In this document: positions 12,849 through 25,029 of the stretch, piece by piece | Layout of the letters: every line of letters begins with the position of its first letter | How positions within the stretch are numbered: the first letter of the stretch is position 1 | Assembly: GCA_025201805.1 (NCBI GenBank) | Contig: MU619387.1 | Coordinates: 9,892-73,891 of the forward strand | Source: Parasitella parasitica NRRL 2501 | Taxonomy: Eukaryota; Fungi; Mucoromycota | Direction: 5' to 3' | DNA: 64,000 nt | Translations under genes and position numbers: made by a program | Notes under the pieces: generated by a model | The model's input: the letters and a program-made list of their open reading frames with translations, nothing else | Told to the model about the DNA's origin: nothing | Databases searched by the model: none

Positions 12849-13901
12849 TTATTTATCAAGAACATGTCGAAGCAAATCACATTTATGCTCAAGCAGTTCT
12901 AAATAATCTTGAATTTCGGATTTGTCCATTTTAGTAACTTTGTTGGAAGGAAACGAGGATGAAAAAGGTACAATGTTAGTAGCGTCTGGAGGTAATTGAG
13001 GCTGCAAATCATAAAGAGAAGCCCAATCTCTTCTTCTCCTTTGAATGGTGGACTTTCTCATTTCCGCAGGTCTGTTGCGATGGTGGAGCCTGGCGTACAA
13101 TCCACAGGCATTACATAAAGGATCACCATTTTCGTTTTTACGCCACAATGGTGTTTTGGTCTGCTGACAATTGCTGCATTCTATATCATCGACCTGCTCC
13201 TGCTCAAATGTTTGTTGTTCTGACGGCAGTGATGGCTGCTCGAACTCAATAGGTGCAATCCATTTCTCTTGTTGATAGGTAGGTGGGCGTAACAAAGCAG
13301 GAGTGCTGGCTGTTGTATTCACAGCTGCTGGCTTATGTCTAATATGTAGTGGGCGATGTTGATTATACTGTTTATAATATAGCCCACAGGCATTACAAAG
13401 CGTTTGCAATCTGTCCGGTGTACGACGCCATAGAGGAGTTTTCGTAATTTTACAGTTGAAACATTCCAAATGTCTTGGGGGTCGAGTAGGCTTGTATGTT
13501 GCTACACGAATTGGTAACGTGCATTGACCTGGAGGATAAGACTTCTTGTACGACGACGTTTTTTTCTTCTTGGCCACTTTATTATTAACGATAATCGAGG
13601 TGAAAGAAGGAGGTGCTGCTGAAGCCGGTGTGGGAAGTTGCTGAATATCCATATCAGGTATCAATAATTCATCGAGAAACCGATCGTCTAGAATAGGGCT
13701 ACTGCTGCCCTTATCACTGGGAGACGATGAAAACGAAGAGGAAGGCGATGACGGCTGTTGCTGTAGCGGTATTGGTTGAATATACAATGTTGGAATGGGC
13801 GTTGATAATAGCTGCTCCATCGATAATTCTTTTGACTGCTGGTTGAATAAGTTCAACTGCTCTTCAAGACTTGCAGTGTTTTGACAATGATAGTAATTCA
13901 T
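12849..13901 (-). CDS. GATA transcription factor with two zinc fingers, intronless
   Basis: CFNCKITKTPLWRRTPDRLQTLCNACGLY and CSNCQQTKTPLWRKNENGDPLCNACGLY. Confidence 0.95.
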   Translation of the reverse strand: MNYYHCQNTASLEEQLNLFNQQSKELSMEQLLSTPIPTLYIQPIPLQQQPSSPSSSFSSSPSDKGSSSPILDDRFLDELLIPDMDIQQLPTPASAAPPSFTSIIVNNKVAKKKKTSSYKKSYPPGQCTLPIRVATYKPTRPPRHLECFNCKITKTPLWRRTPDRLQTLCNACGLYYKQYNQHRPLHIRHKPAAVNTTASTPALLRPPTYQQEKWIAPIEFEQPSLPSEQQTFEQEQVDDIECSNCQQTKTPLWRKNENGDPLCNACGLYARLHHRNRPAEMRKSTIQRRRRDWASLYDLQPQLPPDATNIVPFSSSFPSNKVTKMDKSEIQDYLELLEHKCDLLRHVLDK

Positions 13902-14895
13902 TTTTAGTGAGATTGTGTTTCTTTTTTGCTTGTTGATAATTTTGTTTTCTTTTCGATATGTAAATTGCTCTTTGAGGTTGTTTTCTTGATCAGGCGACGT
14001 CGTTTCCTACGTGTTTTCCGTTGAACATGTAAAAGTAAGCCATAGTATAAAAGGGTGTATGTGTGATTAAATAATTAAAGATATTGTGTAAACGTTTATG
14101 AAGTGTCTTGATTCTCTCGAATAAAATTAATGAGCAAAATGTGCAGATACTTGTTGTATTAATGCCAATTGACCGGCTTACTCCATTAAGAGAATATTAT
14201 TTAAAGAAATCTAAGAAAAATATGTGCACCTCAACTTGATGCACAATAATAGAGGAAGCTTGTGTAAGAAAACAAGATTTCTTTTTACAAAAGCAACTAT
14301 GCGAAAGAAAAAACAAAGAGATACAAGGAAGATGAGTAAACAGGCTATAAAATTTTTTCTGTCTCAGTTGACTAGATTATGCGATAAATCATTTGTATGG
14401 AGAATGATATTATCTTCCCAACACAAGCCGTCCGGGAAGAATAATCCACAGAGAATTAAACGAATAAGGCACTTCTCTTTTTTTTTGTTGCTAAAAAGTA
14501 AAAAATGGCCTTTGTAAACTATTCTATTAGCAGCAACTGATATTATTACTACGAGTTTCAATTATAGACTTCTTGCGTGATTTGGATTATCTTATATAGG
14601 TCATAATGCTATCCAAATGATCGTGGCATTCTTCGTTGTTATTGTTGGTAACACGCAGCAAATATTGGACCATTAAGGTTATCTTAATAGAATAGCATAC
14701 ACCACTTGACTGAAAATGCTTAATTTCTTCTGAAAATAATTAGGCATAATATGTGTAGCTCATCTGGCAGGCCAAAGTTTAATTGTATTGAATAGAACAG
14801 CTAAGCTTCTATAAAAGTATTCACCTACCGCTTGAGTTTCTTTCTCACAGTTTCCAACGTTCGAAGGCTCTTCTCTTTTCTTTTTCCTTGCCAGC

Positions 14896-15511
14896 ATGAG
14901 CAGAGAAACGTTCCCTCAAGATTACGACGACCCTTTTAATCAACAAACTTACAAAGTAAGCTGAAAAGAGACAAAGTAGTAGCTTTATATCTCACAAAAA
15001 AGTCTATCCTAGGGAGAAGATGCCCCATCATGGCTACATTCGCCAAACAGAGTAGTTCCCAGGTGGAGACTACAAACTACAGAGGAGAAAATTGAGCAAC
15101 AACATCACGTTACAAAATTAGGCAGGTCTATATGAACAAAACACATCAATTTTGACTGATCAATAACGTCTCCTCGATAGAATCAAAACTACAGAAGATA
15201 AAGCAAAGGCCTGACAATCACTATTCGTATAAGCATATGCCAGGTAACGAACAATACAGTCGTTATATGGAAAGCAATAAACTCATTAACAACGAAAAGA
15301 TATATCACAGTCAATACTCTCATCTGAAACTGATAGTGACGATGGCTATAATCAAGATGGCTCTATGCAAGAAGAATCTCATGACGAAGGATTACCCTTG
15401 CTGTGGCAGCAAAATCAATCAACCTCGCCTTTAGACACAGTGAAAAAGACTGAAGATCAATATCATCATTCATGGCGATGGTGGATTGTTACTTCCTGTT
15501 TTAACGGTTGA
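14896..15511 (+). CDS. Small 4-exon hypothetical protein (about 147 aa). Exons 14896-14955, 15013-15121, 15181-15243, 15300-15511
   Basis: Manual splice model gives MSRETFPQDYDDPF...HVTKLESKLQKIKQRP...EGLPLLWQQ...WRWWIVTSCFNG*; requires a GC donor at 15122. Confidence 0.55.
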
Positions 15512-15989
15512 GAAGGTTCAAATAAATATACCCAAATAATAGAACACCTCAGCCATCTTTATTTCTGTTATATCTTAATAAAGAGCATCTATATGTTTAC
15601 ACAGGATAATTTTTTAGATTTGCACTCGATCTCGTTTTCTACCGTTTACTTTGCACATGTATTAATTCCAAAACCAAATATCAATGTAATATAAACTCAT
15701 ATCAAAGATCAAAACATCAGATCACAAAATCATATTTTATCAGTGGAATGAAAATGATGAAAATGTGCATGAAATGACACTTGTCATAGATACAGTCTAC
15801 ACTATATACCGGATCTCATTACCAAATCCTTTATCTTCAAATACCATTTCTATCAGATCATAGAAAGTTTATATAAATAAATTTTAAATAATGATTTAAA
15901 CAATTTCTTTGCCTGACTAACTTTACAAAGGTAAGCTTATGATAAATCAATCAGAACAGATACAGATATTCATAATTGTTTATGGTTAT

Positions 15990-16345
15990 TCGCAAAAATA
16001 AAAACTGTTTTAGTACGTAACTTTTGATAGAGACATTCCTCAGTGGAAATCAAGTTATGCTCAGATAGCGATGATCATGCCTGTTTTCATCCGCTTTGCA
16101 TTGCTCTTTATCGTAGCCTATCAGCGGTTATATGCAATTTTCGTATGGTTTGCAGAAAAAATTTCTAGATTTCAACAACAATATCATATAAATGTGTTTG
16201 CCTGACAGCCCCAAGTCAATAACATTAAGTTTCCCAACTTAGATTGCGGTTTTACGGCTCTTTTAGCAGAAGTTATGACCAAATGTCTCTTAATGTCTTT
16301 AAATTGTGAAAAAAAAAAAAACGTTTTGCATATACTTTTGATAAA
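15990..16345. repeat. Dispersed ~320-bp repeat, copy A (possible non-autonomous element)
   Basis: 46-nt identity 16042-16087 = 31382-31427; colinear similarity continues over about 300 nt. Confidence 0.85.
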
Positions 16346-17132
16346 TGTGTTGCCCAGTGTAGTCCAAGTACTTATATCACATAATCCCTAACTATGCTTG
16401 TATTATTATTACGGTATTCAGATATATGTCTTGGTCTCAATGATATTTATCACTACGATGTGATGCTTTACTCTTTAGATGATATTATAAGAATTGCACT
16501 TCAAAAATGATATATTTGTGAATTTCACATTATGTATTTCAACAACAATTTTGGTACTCTGGTTGCCAGGTTGCAAAACTTGCAAACCTGATTAGTATCC
16601 CTTCATTGTGCATAATAAATAAACTATTGCAGTAGGAACCTCATAATGGTTAACAGATTCTTGTACAAAAGTCGCTACTTATCATCACAAGAACCCAGTT
16701 TAAACTCGTTGTTCAGTTTTGTCAAGAAACAGTTACTTATGGGCTACGTCAATCAACTTGAGTTATCTCATGATGTGCTCAGCTTTAGAACACTGAGATA
16801 TAAAAGGTAGTAAATCGAGAAAAAAAAGCAACAGTAGTAGACTTTTCATATGCAATCCAAAATAGTACCTAGTGATTGTTGTGAATATTTTAGAAAGAAT
16901 AAGTGGAAGCCTTCAAGCTTTTCTTTTTTTATTTAGAGCCAAAAAGATCCTACAAATTTTACGTTGTGCCATTTCCGGGATTATGGGGCGTTACATCAAG
17001 AAAATAGGTGACCTTCTGGTTTTGTCGATTGACAAATTCCTGACATCCAAAATTCAAGTAAAACTGCTGTGCTATAAAATGAGACTTGTTGGGAAAGAAA
17101 AAACAAATTTTTCTTTGTACAAGTTACAGACA

Positions 17133-17968
17133 TGATGAGCAATCAGTCCGATGAAGAAGAAGAGGACTACATGTCAACAAAATTCTTGGAAAGTGCACAA
17201 GAATTTGAATCCAAACGTCAAGAATCGTATATTGAAAAACGCAAACGGCAATTACGCGAACAACAGGAAAAAGCGTATATCAAACCTCGCGCACAATTAG
17301 AAGCTGAAGTGAGAGAGAAAGGTCTTAAGAAAGCAATTGAACAAAGCAACAAGGGTATGAAGATGATGATGAAGATGGGATTCAAACAAGGCCAAGGTTT
17401 AGGAAATAGCACAAGCGGCTCTTCTGGCATCGCAGAGCCTATTAAAGTTGATTTAAAACTGGGGCGTACCGGAATTGGCATGGACACAGAAATCCGCAAA
17501 AGAGAAAGGGAACAGGAGGAAGAGGAGAATCGAAAAAGAGTCCATATGGATCCAGAAGAATTCAGAAATCAAATGGCACAAAAAGCAAAGGATGCACAGC
17601 TTTTACGATACATCAATGCCGCTGTTTTTATATGTGAAAACGTGGATGAAGAGAATGGAGTCGAATCAAATATATTATGGACATTAAAGCCCCCTCCACC
17701 GCCGCCACCACCTTCAATAGAACCAGCTGAGGATGGGGCCAAGGAAAACGATCAAGAGGAGGAAGACGAGAAGCCAGAGGAAACAGATCCAAAATACCCA
17801 CAACAAGATGTGGAATCGCTGAAATCATTGCCATTGACCGACCAACTTGCAAAGCTCATTGCTTATCTAAGGGAAACTTACTTCTATTGCTTTTGGTGCC
17901 GTGCCAAATACACAGACAAGCAAGATCTCGATGAAAATTGTCCTGGCACAACAGAAGACGATCATTGA
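17133..17968 (+). CDS. G-patch domain protein (GPATCH11-like, C-terminal DUF4187)
   Basis: EEDYMS start, SNKGMKMMMKMGFKQGQGLG...RTGIG G-patch, YLRETYFYCFWCRAKY...CPGTTEDDH end. Confidence 0.92.
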
Positions 17969-18146
17969 ATGTCTGATAAAACCTCTAACCGCTTCGTTCC
18001 TCCAAAAACAACACGCATAAAAGTCATGACGCATATTTAGTTGCTGACGAAATAAACATTCAACATTTAAATACACACATGCCTTAGCATTCGCACATGC
18101 ATACACCAATTCTCTCATACCTTTTCTCTATTCATTCTTTCACACA

Positions 18147-18836
18147 ATGGAAATGGCCTCTCCTCCTTCTACAAAATATCTTCGTGCAAAAGCATTTGTC
18201 TTTGATTTAGATGGCACATTGATTGACACAATTCCACTCGTTGAAAAATTCTGGCACCAATTTGCATTTGAACATGGTTTGGATGGCAACAAGATTATAG
18301 CCACTTCGCATGGCGTACGCACAATCGAAACGATGGCCAAATGGACACCAGATAAAGCTACGCCAGCGCATGCCGATGATTTTGAAAGAAAATTGGCTGA
18401 AAAATCTGAAGGCGTAACGTTACTGCCGGGTATTTCTACATTGCTACAAAAGATACCTCATGGCAAATGGGGGATTTGTACAGGTGGCAATGAATACATG
18501 GCAAGAAAGAGATTAGAGCAATGTGATATTCTGCCACCCAAGGCGATGGTCTGCGGTGATATGGTAAACCAAGGTAAACCGCACCCTGAATGTTACACTC
18601 GTGTCATCCAAGAACTCGGATTCGAGCCTTCGGAGGTAACCGTCTTTGAAGATGCTTCAGCAGGCGTCAAAGCAGCTGTAGATGCAGGGGCTCAAGTAGT
18701 TGCTTGCACTACAACACATACAGCGGAGCAACTAAAAGAGGCTGGTGCCCATTATGTTGTCAAGTTATTGACAGAGGTTGATTTCACGAATTTACCTGAC
18801 GGTTCATTTGAAGTGGAAATAAAAAATACATTGTAG
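18147..18836 (+). CDS. HAD-superfamily sugar/glycerol-phosphate phosphatase (Gpp/Dog-like)
   Basis: FDLDGTLIDT, SHGVRT, GKPHPECY, VFEDASAGVKA motifs. Confidence 0.92.
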   Translation: MEMASPPSTKYLRAKAFVFDLDGTLIDTIPLVEKFWHQFAFEHGLDGNKIIATSHGVRTIETMAKWTPDKATPAHADDFERKLAEKSEGVTLLPGISTLLQKIPHGKWGICTGGNEYMARKRLEQCDILPPKAMVCGDMVNQGKPHPECYTRVIQELGFEPSEVTVFEDASAGVKAAVDAGAQVVACTTTHTAEQLKEAGAHYVVKLLTEVDFTNLPDGSFEVEIKNTL

Positions 18837-18858
18837 AAAAACATTTTATACATAACAA

Positions 18859-20795
18859 TTAGAAATAAAATATAGGGTCCTCCTCTACTTTTTGGAATTC
18901 AAATATACCGCTATAAGATATCTATCGATTGAGAACTCGAGCCGCATATATACGTGTCTATGTATTAAACTTACCCTACACACTCATCCGTATTTGCAAT
19001 GAACAATGAGTGATCTTCGGGAGTAAAAGCTACTCAGGCACAATTGTAAATAATGGCTAAATCATTCAAAAAAAATAAAAATAAAAATAAAAAAACTTAC
19101 AAACACCTGCAATATCGCCAAACATATCGATAACTTGACTCGAATTGTATGTTTGCGTCTCATATATATGTACAAAGTCGATGGGTTCTACATGCATAGG
19201 TTTAAATTCCATGCTCTTTCATGTACCAATACGGGCATTACCTGCAGCTGCTAAATACTGTCCATCATTCGAATAATGCAGTGATCTGATGGCACCTACA
19301 CTAGATCCTAGCACATGCAGAGCTTTTGAAGCATTGCGGATATCATAAACTCTTCTTTGAGTGAATACGACTATTTGCATATACACAGGTATTTATATAT
19401 CTCTATTTACCTTGTCGTTCTATCTTGGTTTCCGGTAGCAAATGTCCTGCCGTCAGGATTCCAACAGCAAGCAAATGAAAAATCAAAATGCTCGTCTATT
19501 GTTACAATAGCTAACATGATATGTGAATACAAAAACTGTGCATGTTTTGTACATAGCAAAGGTGGCACTTACATTCTCCATTATTTGCATCAACTAAATG
19601 CGTTTCAGTAGAGTCGCCTACGAGGCATAGCATATTTTGGTCTGGAGAGGTGGCAGAGCACTAGAATAGCGTTAATGCATCTGCTGTTCACACATGATGG
19701 TAATATTACATTGACTGCAAATGGCATTGACAACGTTTGCTGAATCTGGGTAGTTCCCAAATTGATGTATTTAACCGAGGAATTGTTGTTGGATACAATG
19801 CCTAATGTCACGCCTTGTTTGTCTTGTATGATTTCAGCATAGTTTGTGATCCCTGGTGGTGTGCTCGCATTTGATAGGTATTGAATTGGCGAATCTGAAT
19901 CCAGTGATTTCCATGCATATTCACCTTGAAATCCACCCACAAACAGTAGCTGATGTCCACATGTTATGCTGGTTATTTTACATAAGAGACTACCTGGCAT
20001 ATTTGCAACTGATAGGTCCATGACTTGAGAGCTTTTTTGTCGTTGAGGCGACCATTGTCGAACCGTATCCCCCCCTAAAACGAGCAAATCATTAATTTCT
20101 GTAGAGTCCCATCATGCGAAACAACGTACAAATGTAGTACACATTGTTTTTATTTGTAGACCATACTAGATTTCGTAATTGAAAATGACCAATGCTGCAT
20201 GGCTCGCTGATTTTCGATGATTTGAATGTGTAATACTCTTCGTTCTTCGTAACTGGTTTTGTTTGTTGCGACTGTATTTGCTCTTCAAGTGTGTCGTCCT
20301 CATCATCACCTTTGCAGCTCAAGTAAGTTTCATATTCTCTGACCCGCTGATTCCTATATTCATCTCTTGTCATAGTTTCTTTGAACCAATCGATTCCTTG
20401 CTGTACAAATACGTTAATGCGTTCACACGGCATTTTTCTATCCAACATCCGAAACGTACCATATCGATTCCTCTAATGCACATATCCTCAGTGATGACAT
20501 TATCCTGTTATACCTCATTAGTGCGAGAATAACGTTAGGAAAGATTTAGTTGTCTTACTGTAAATATCGGTTTATCCTGGGCTTCGTCGCTGTATTTTGT
20601 TAAATGTGGCAAACTTATAAAAGTTGGGGTATCGGCCATGCTGATGGAAGATGCAGAAGCTAAAGAAGGATTTAATAATAGTTTAACCAAGGCGACGGTG
20701 CGATTCCATGCCAATGCAATTCCCTCACCTTCTTCCGTATAGTCCTGCGGGTAATAAGAAAAATCGTCCATTGGTTCATGCCGTAGGGCCAACAT
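18859..20795 (-). CDS. Multi-exon uncharacterised WD40-repeat protein (DUF2415-like)
   Basis: QGIDW, HFQLRNLVWSTNKNNVY, VGGFQGEY, FSFACCWNPDGRTFATGNQD, IAGVAFTPEDHSLFIA across exons; last exon GIFEFQKVEEDPIFYF* inferred. Confidence 0.85.
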
Positions 20796-21018
20796 TTTTT
20801 TCAAGACAATAACAAGTAAAAGAAGTGAAAGAAAAGAAGAGCAAGTTAATCTCCTTTTTATCATATTTGATCTTGGCCACCACAGTAGTAACCGGAACCT
20901 GCCCCTTTCAACTTGATCTAGTTGTTTTAATTACATGACGTCAAAATAGTCTGTTTTACGTTTATGTATAAGTAGAAAAACAAAAAACAATGGATCATGA
21001 TAACAATAGAATATTTAT

Positions 21019-23334
21019 TTAATTACTTTGTGCTGTTAAAACAATTAGGATCAAAATAGAACATATACAAAAGAAATCGACAATTACTTACCTAATATCA
21101 AAGCCTTCTCAGCAAAGAATCGGACATCGACATCAGAATCCTTGCTTAGTTTATCAAGGACTTCAATAACTTCTTTGGAGACTTCCGCAGTGGAACTCTG
21201 CTTCAAAATAGGTACCAACACTTCCAGTGATTTAGCAACGTTGAATCTGACATTTGGAATGGGATCGTTTACAAGCTCGATGACAGTAGGAAGCACTTTC
21301 TCTTGTATGATTTCGGGTGTGAGGGAAACTGCCATTGTTGACAGTGTAAAAAGTGTAGTCATTCTATACAGATAATTTTCATTATGTGCCATATCAATAA
21401 CTTGAGGTAAAACTGTGTTTTTAGCCCACTCGTATCCAAATATCTCGACGAGCTTCTTGAGGTTCGTTGTTGCTGCGTCCCTGATCGAAAATACGGCATC
21501 AGCCAACCATGATAAACATAACCCGAGTAGCTTCTCATCAAAGAATCCAACACCCAACTGTGATGCTAGTAAGGGAATGTATTCTATAATTGCTAATCTG
21601 ACTCTCCATTGTTTATCTTCGGCCAACTCGACAATAGCAGGTAGAAGGGATTGAGAGAGACGCTCTACGCCAATGACTGCACGAATAAGGATAATAATTG
21701 GAGTTAGGTTTACGATATATCTCGAGCGTTAGATTCCTCACCTTGATTGACATTTTCAAGTTTGGATATAATATTAAGTCGAACGTCAGGGAAATCGTCT
21801 TTGAGTAGTTGGAGAAATAGGGGTAAAAGGTATTCGATAGTTCTATATGATATCAATGAGTTTGCTTAAATCATCATCTTTGAGAGAATCCACTTACAAA
21901 TCCTTGCCTAGTATAGGCGCGAATCCACTAATGTTTGTAGCTACAGCAGCACGAACATGTTGATTTGTATCAATAACGAGGTCTTTTATACATGGAAGGA
22001 TTTTATCAATGACAACTTGCTGATCAATCAACTTTGAATAACCTACACAACAGCTTTCAGTACTTGGACCTCTGGCATGAAATGAAATAAAGCTTACGTG
22101 GTGCTTGTCCGATAGACAGTATCTTGACTTCGCCTTCGCTATCTTTGATGAGTCCAACAAACAATGTAACCATTTCTTCGCGTGTAATAGATTCTCCCAA
22201 AGCTTCGCAGAGATCATTAAAATGCGTTGCTACCATGTATCTAACTCTCCACGATCTATCTTGACCCAAAGATCGAAGTGTACTTAACAAATATTGCCGA
22301 CATTCATCAGGAGTAAACATCTTTGCAATCTGAACCAAGTCTTCTACAGTTAATAATCGAACTGTGTCCTGATCGTCATTCGTAAGTCGAAGGAATAATG
22401 GCAAAATATGGTTAATTAATTGCTGTTGAGTCAATTCCTTGGAGAATTCCTGGCAAAAACCGGCACAGGTGGCCGTTAGTAACTATGGTTACTCTATGCA
22501 ATTTAAAGTGTACTTACAGCAAGGGCCTTGGCAGCTGCTCTCTTTACCATAGGCGTATCATCTTGAATGAGTTGAGCAAATGCGGCTCTCAAATCATTTT
22601 GCTGTTCAGTCGTGCATTTCGAGTAACCAACAGCATAGAGGCCACAAGCAGAAATACGACCCGTAAACCAATCAGCAGTTGTTAAACGCTTTAACAAAGG
22701 CAAGAAATACTGCGTGATATGAGTAGGACTCAGCAGCTTGACAATCTTATTCATAGACTCCACAGCTTTATCTCTGACGAGAACTTCCTCTACAGTAGCC
22801 AAATGTTCCAAAGGTTCTAACAAACAGTGGGCGAATTCAGGGCCACCAACATGCTCAGAGAAATTGGCGAGCTCTTCGGCAACAGCCAACAGTACTTCGT
22901 CCTCATCGTCAATACCCTCTAGAACAAACAAATTAAGACATTTTCTGAGATGAGGCAAGTTTATACTGACCATTCAGAAAAGGTATCAACTCTTCTCGTG
23001 TCCTTTGTGGGCCCAAAGCCATAGCAATAGTGCCCAAATTACGAATAGCATTCAAGCGTAGTTGGACATCTTCGTTTTTAAGCTCGTCAACCAACACAGC
23101 AATAGGATACAGCTCTTGCTCTTCGCTCACTTTTGAAATCGGTTCAGCACCGAGATTATTACTGCTGTTGTCAATATTGCTTGTGGTGCTGGATGGCGCT
23201 TCTGCTGCAGATGACGTAGGAGTATCGCTAGGAGCAACCGTGATGTCCATAGCAGACAGCTCGCTGCTTGCATTCGTGTTATCTGATGCCGCTTCATGTG
23301 TACGAACATCTGCTGTGGTGGGTTCTACTTCCAT
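21019..23334 (-). CDS. TPD3: Protein phosphatase 2A scaffold (A) subunit, HEAT repeats, multi-exon
   Basis: [97 protein letters not shown]. Confidence 0.96.
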
Positions 23335-23627
23335 TTTTATTAAGCTGAGAGATAACAAAAGAGAGATAGAAAAAAGATATATGAACAAACAAAGTGCTGG
23401 TGCACCTCGCGCCTTGGAGAAAAAAAGATAGATTGGGTCACTCAAACAAATTTAAGGAGAGAGGCTAAAGCGAGCCAATCACTACAGATATATGTTAAAG
23501 TTAAGAGAGCTCCTGTATGATGAGGGGATCATTATAAGATGACAACAAAATTTGTGTAATTGTCCTCAACATCGTATAAATGGTGCGCACAATCCAAGTA
23601 GGTTGAGAAAATTCGTCAAAAACTCCA

Positions 23628-24233
23628 ATGCTTTCCATCAAAAAGATCTCTCTCATACTCATCATCGTATTGTCTGGTGTCTCAAAAGCATACATCGTTC
23701 CCGATGACTCTAACTCTGTCTCGGCAAGCAGCTGGCCACGTCAAGGATGCGCTCGCGTAAAAGACATCGAGTCGGTGGAACATAGTTCACACTTTGTTTT
23801 CAAGCAGCATTCGCTCTTGGATGACCCAACAGAGTGTTATGCATATGGCATTGCCAAAGACTCGTCTCCCAGATGTGTGTTGTATATGCTTGAACATCTT
23901 TGTTCGTTTGGGAATAGTCCGGCTTGGATTTCAAAATGCCACTATGCATACTATTCAGGTATCTTCAGTAATTATACTTTCTTTCACACATCCACTGATC
24001 ACAAATGTATATATATGAATTTTGCCCATTCAGAATCAATCGATGTAAACCCTACTGAAAAGTCTCAGAGAGAGCCCACAATTCAAGAAAAAAACTTTAT
24101 AGACCCTGTATTTTTTTTAGCAAAGAATCTTTCAGAACAGAGCAATGCTTGTATCAATGAAAGTAAAGCCAACGCTGCTCTGTTATCATGCACATGTGCC
24201 AATATGTATGTCCATCTTGATGTAACCATGTAA
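23628..24233 (+). CDS. Small secreted cysteine-rich protein; probable in-frame 75-nt intron 23959-24033
   Basis: Signal peptide MLSIKKISLILIIVLSGVSKA; 8 Cys in the spliced form; CAG|GTATCT...CAG. Confidence 0.65.
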   Translation: MLSIKKISLILIIVLSGVSKAYIVPDDSNSVSASSWPRQGCARVKDIESVEHSSHFVFKQHSLLDDPTECYAYGIAKDSSPRCVLYMLEHLCSFGNSPAWISKCHYAYYSGIFSNYTFFHTSTDHKCIYMNFAHSESIDVNPTEKSQREPTIQEKNFIDPVFFLAKNLSEQSNACINESKANAALLSCTCANMYVHLDVTM

Positions 24234-24731
24234 AAAAATTCATTAAAATTATATTACTCGTCTTTAAACAAATGTCTTTATCCCGTTTCTCAACAGCCTA
24301 TATTCTGCATTTCATGCTTCCATTCTCTTCTTCTACGAGAAGACATCCAAGAGTGAATATGATAACACATATTACTAGAATCATCTAGAACCTCATAATT
24401 TAACTTTCGTGGTTCAATTTGGTGCTTCATGGTTTCAGCCTACTTGCGACGTCTGTGAATGGAGCCCCTCTAATGTACTATACGTCAATCGTTTTATTCT
24501 TTATGTTTCTTCGAGTTGCCAAAAGCGCAAGATGTTTCATTAGGCGCCATTAGGAATTAGAGGTACTGTATGCATTATTCCATTGAGTTTCAACATCAAA
24601 GATGTTTGTTGCGGTTTGTATTAGAGGGTAGAAATAATAAAACAAACCATGATTCAGTAACATGTTTTATTAAATAGTGTTTGCTGAAGGCAATGCAATT
24701 GTATTGTACATGGAATATTTTACCCAATCTT

Positions 24732-25029
24732 TCAATGTCTCCTGTTTTCGCTATTGTTATTCTTTATAAAATAAGACGTATGGTTGAGATAAGCTACACT
24801 CATATCAAAAACCCATTCACCAAAGCCGAGGTACTGATCAACATAGCCCCGAATCGTACTACTTTCGATCTTTGAAGTCGCTGGTCTTTTCATAATAATG
24901 AAAATTAGTATTTTCGTTTAAAATGATAAAATACCCTATACACTACTGTAGTCCTGTTGATCGTTTAATACCAGCCAGCACTGTTGTAATCAAAATAGCG
25001 TCGAATGTATAATGGAGTAACTTGCTCAT
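24732..25029 (-). CDS. DUF1748-family small protein (78 aa). Exons 25029-24947, 24885-24732; absent from the ORF track
   Basis: MSKLLHYTFDAILITTVLAGIKRSTGLQ|PATSKIESSTIRGYVDQYLGFGEWVFDMSVAYLNHTSYF matches the fungal DUF1748 pattern. Confidence 0.85.
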
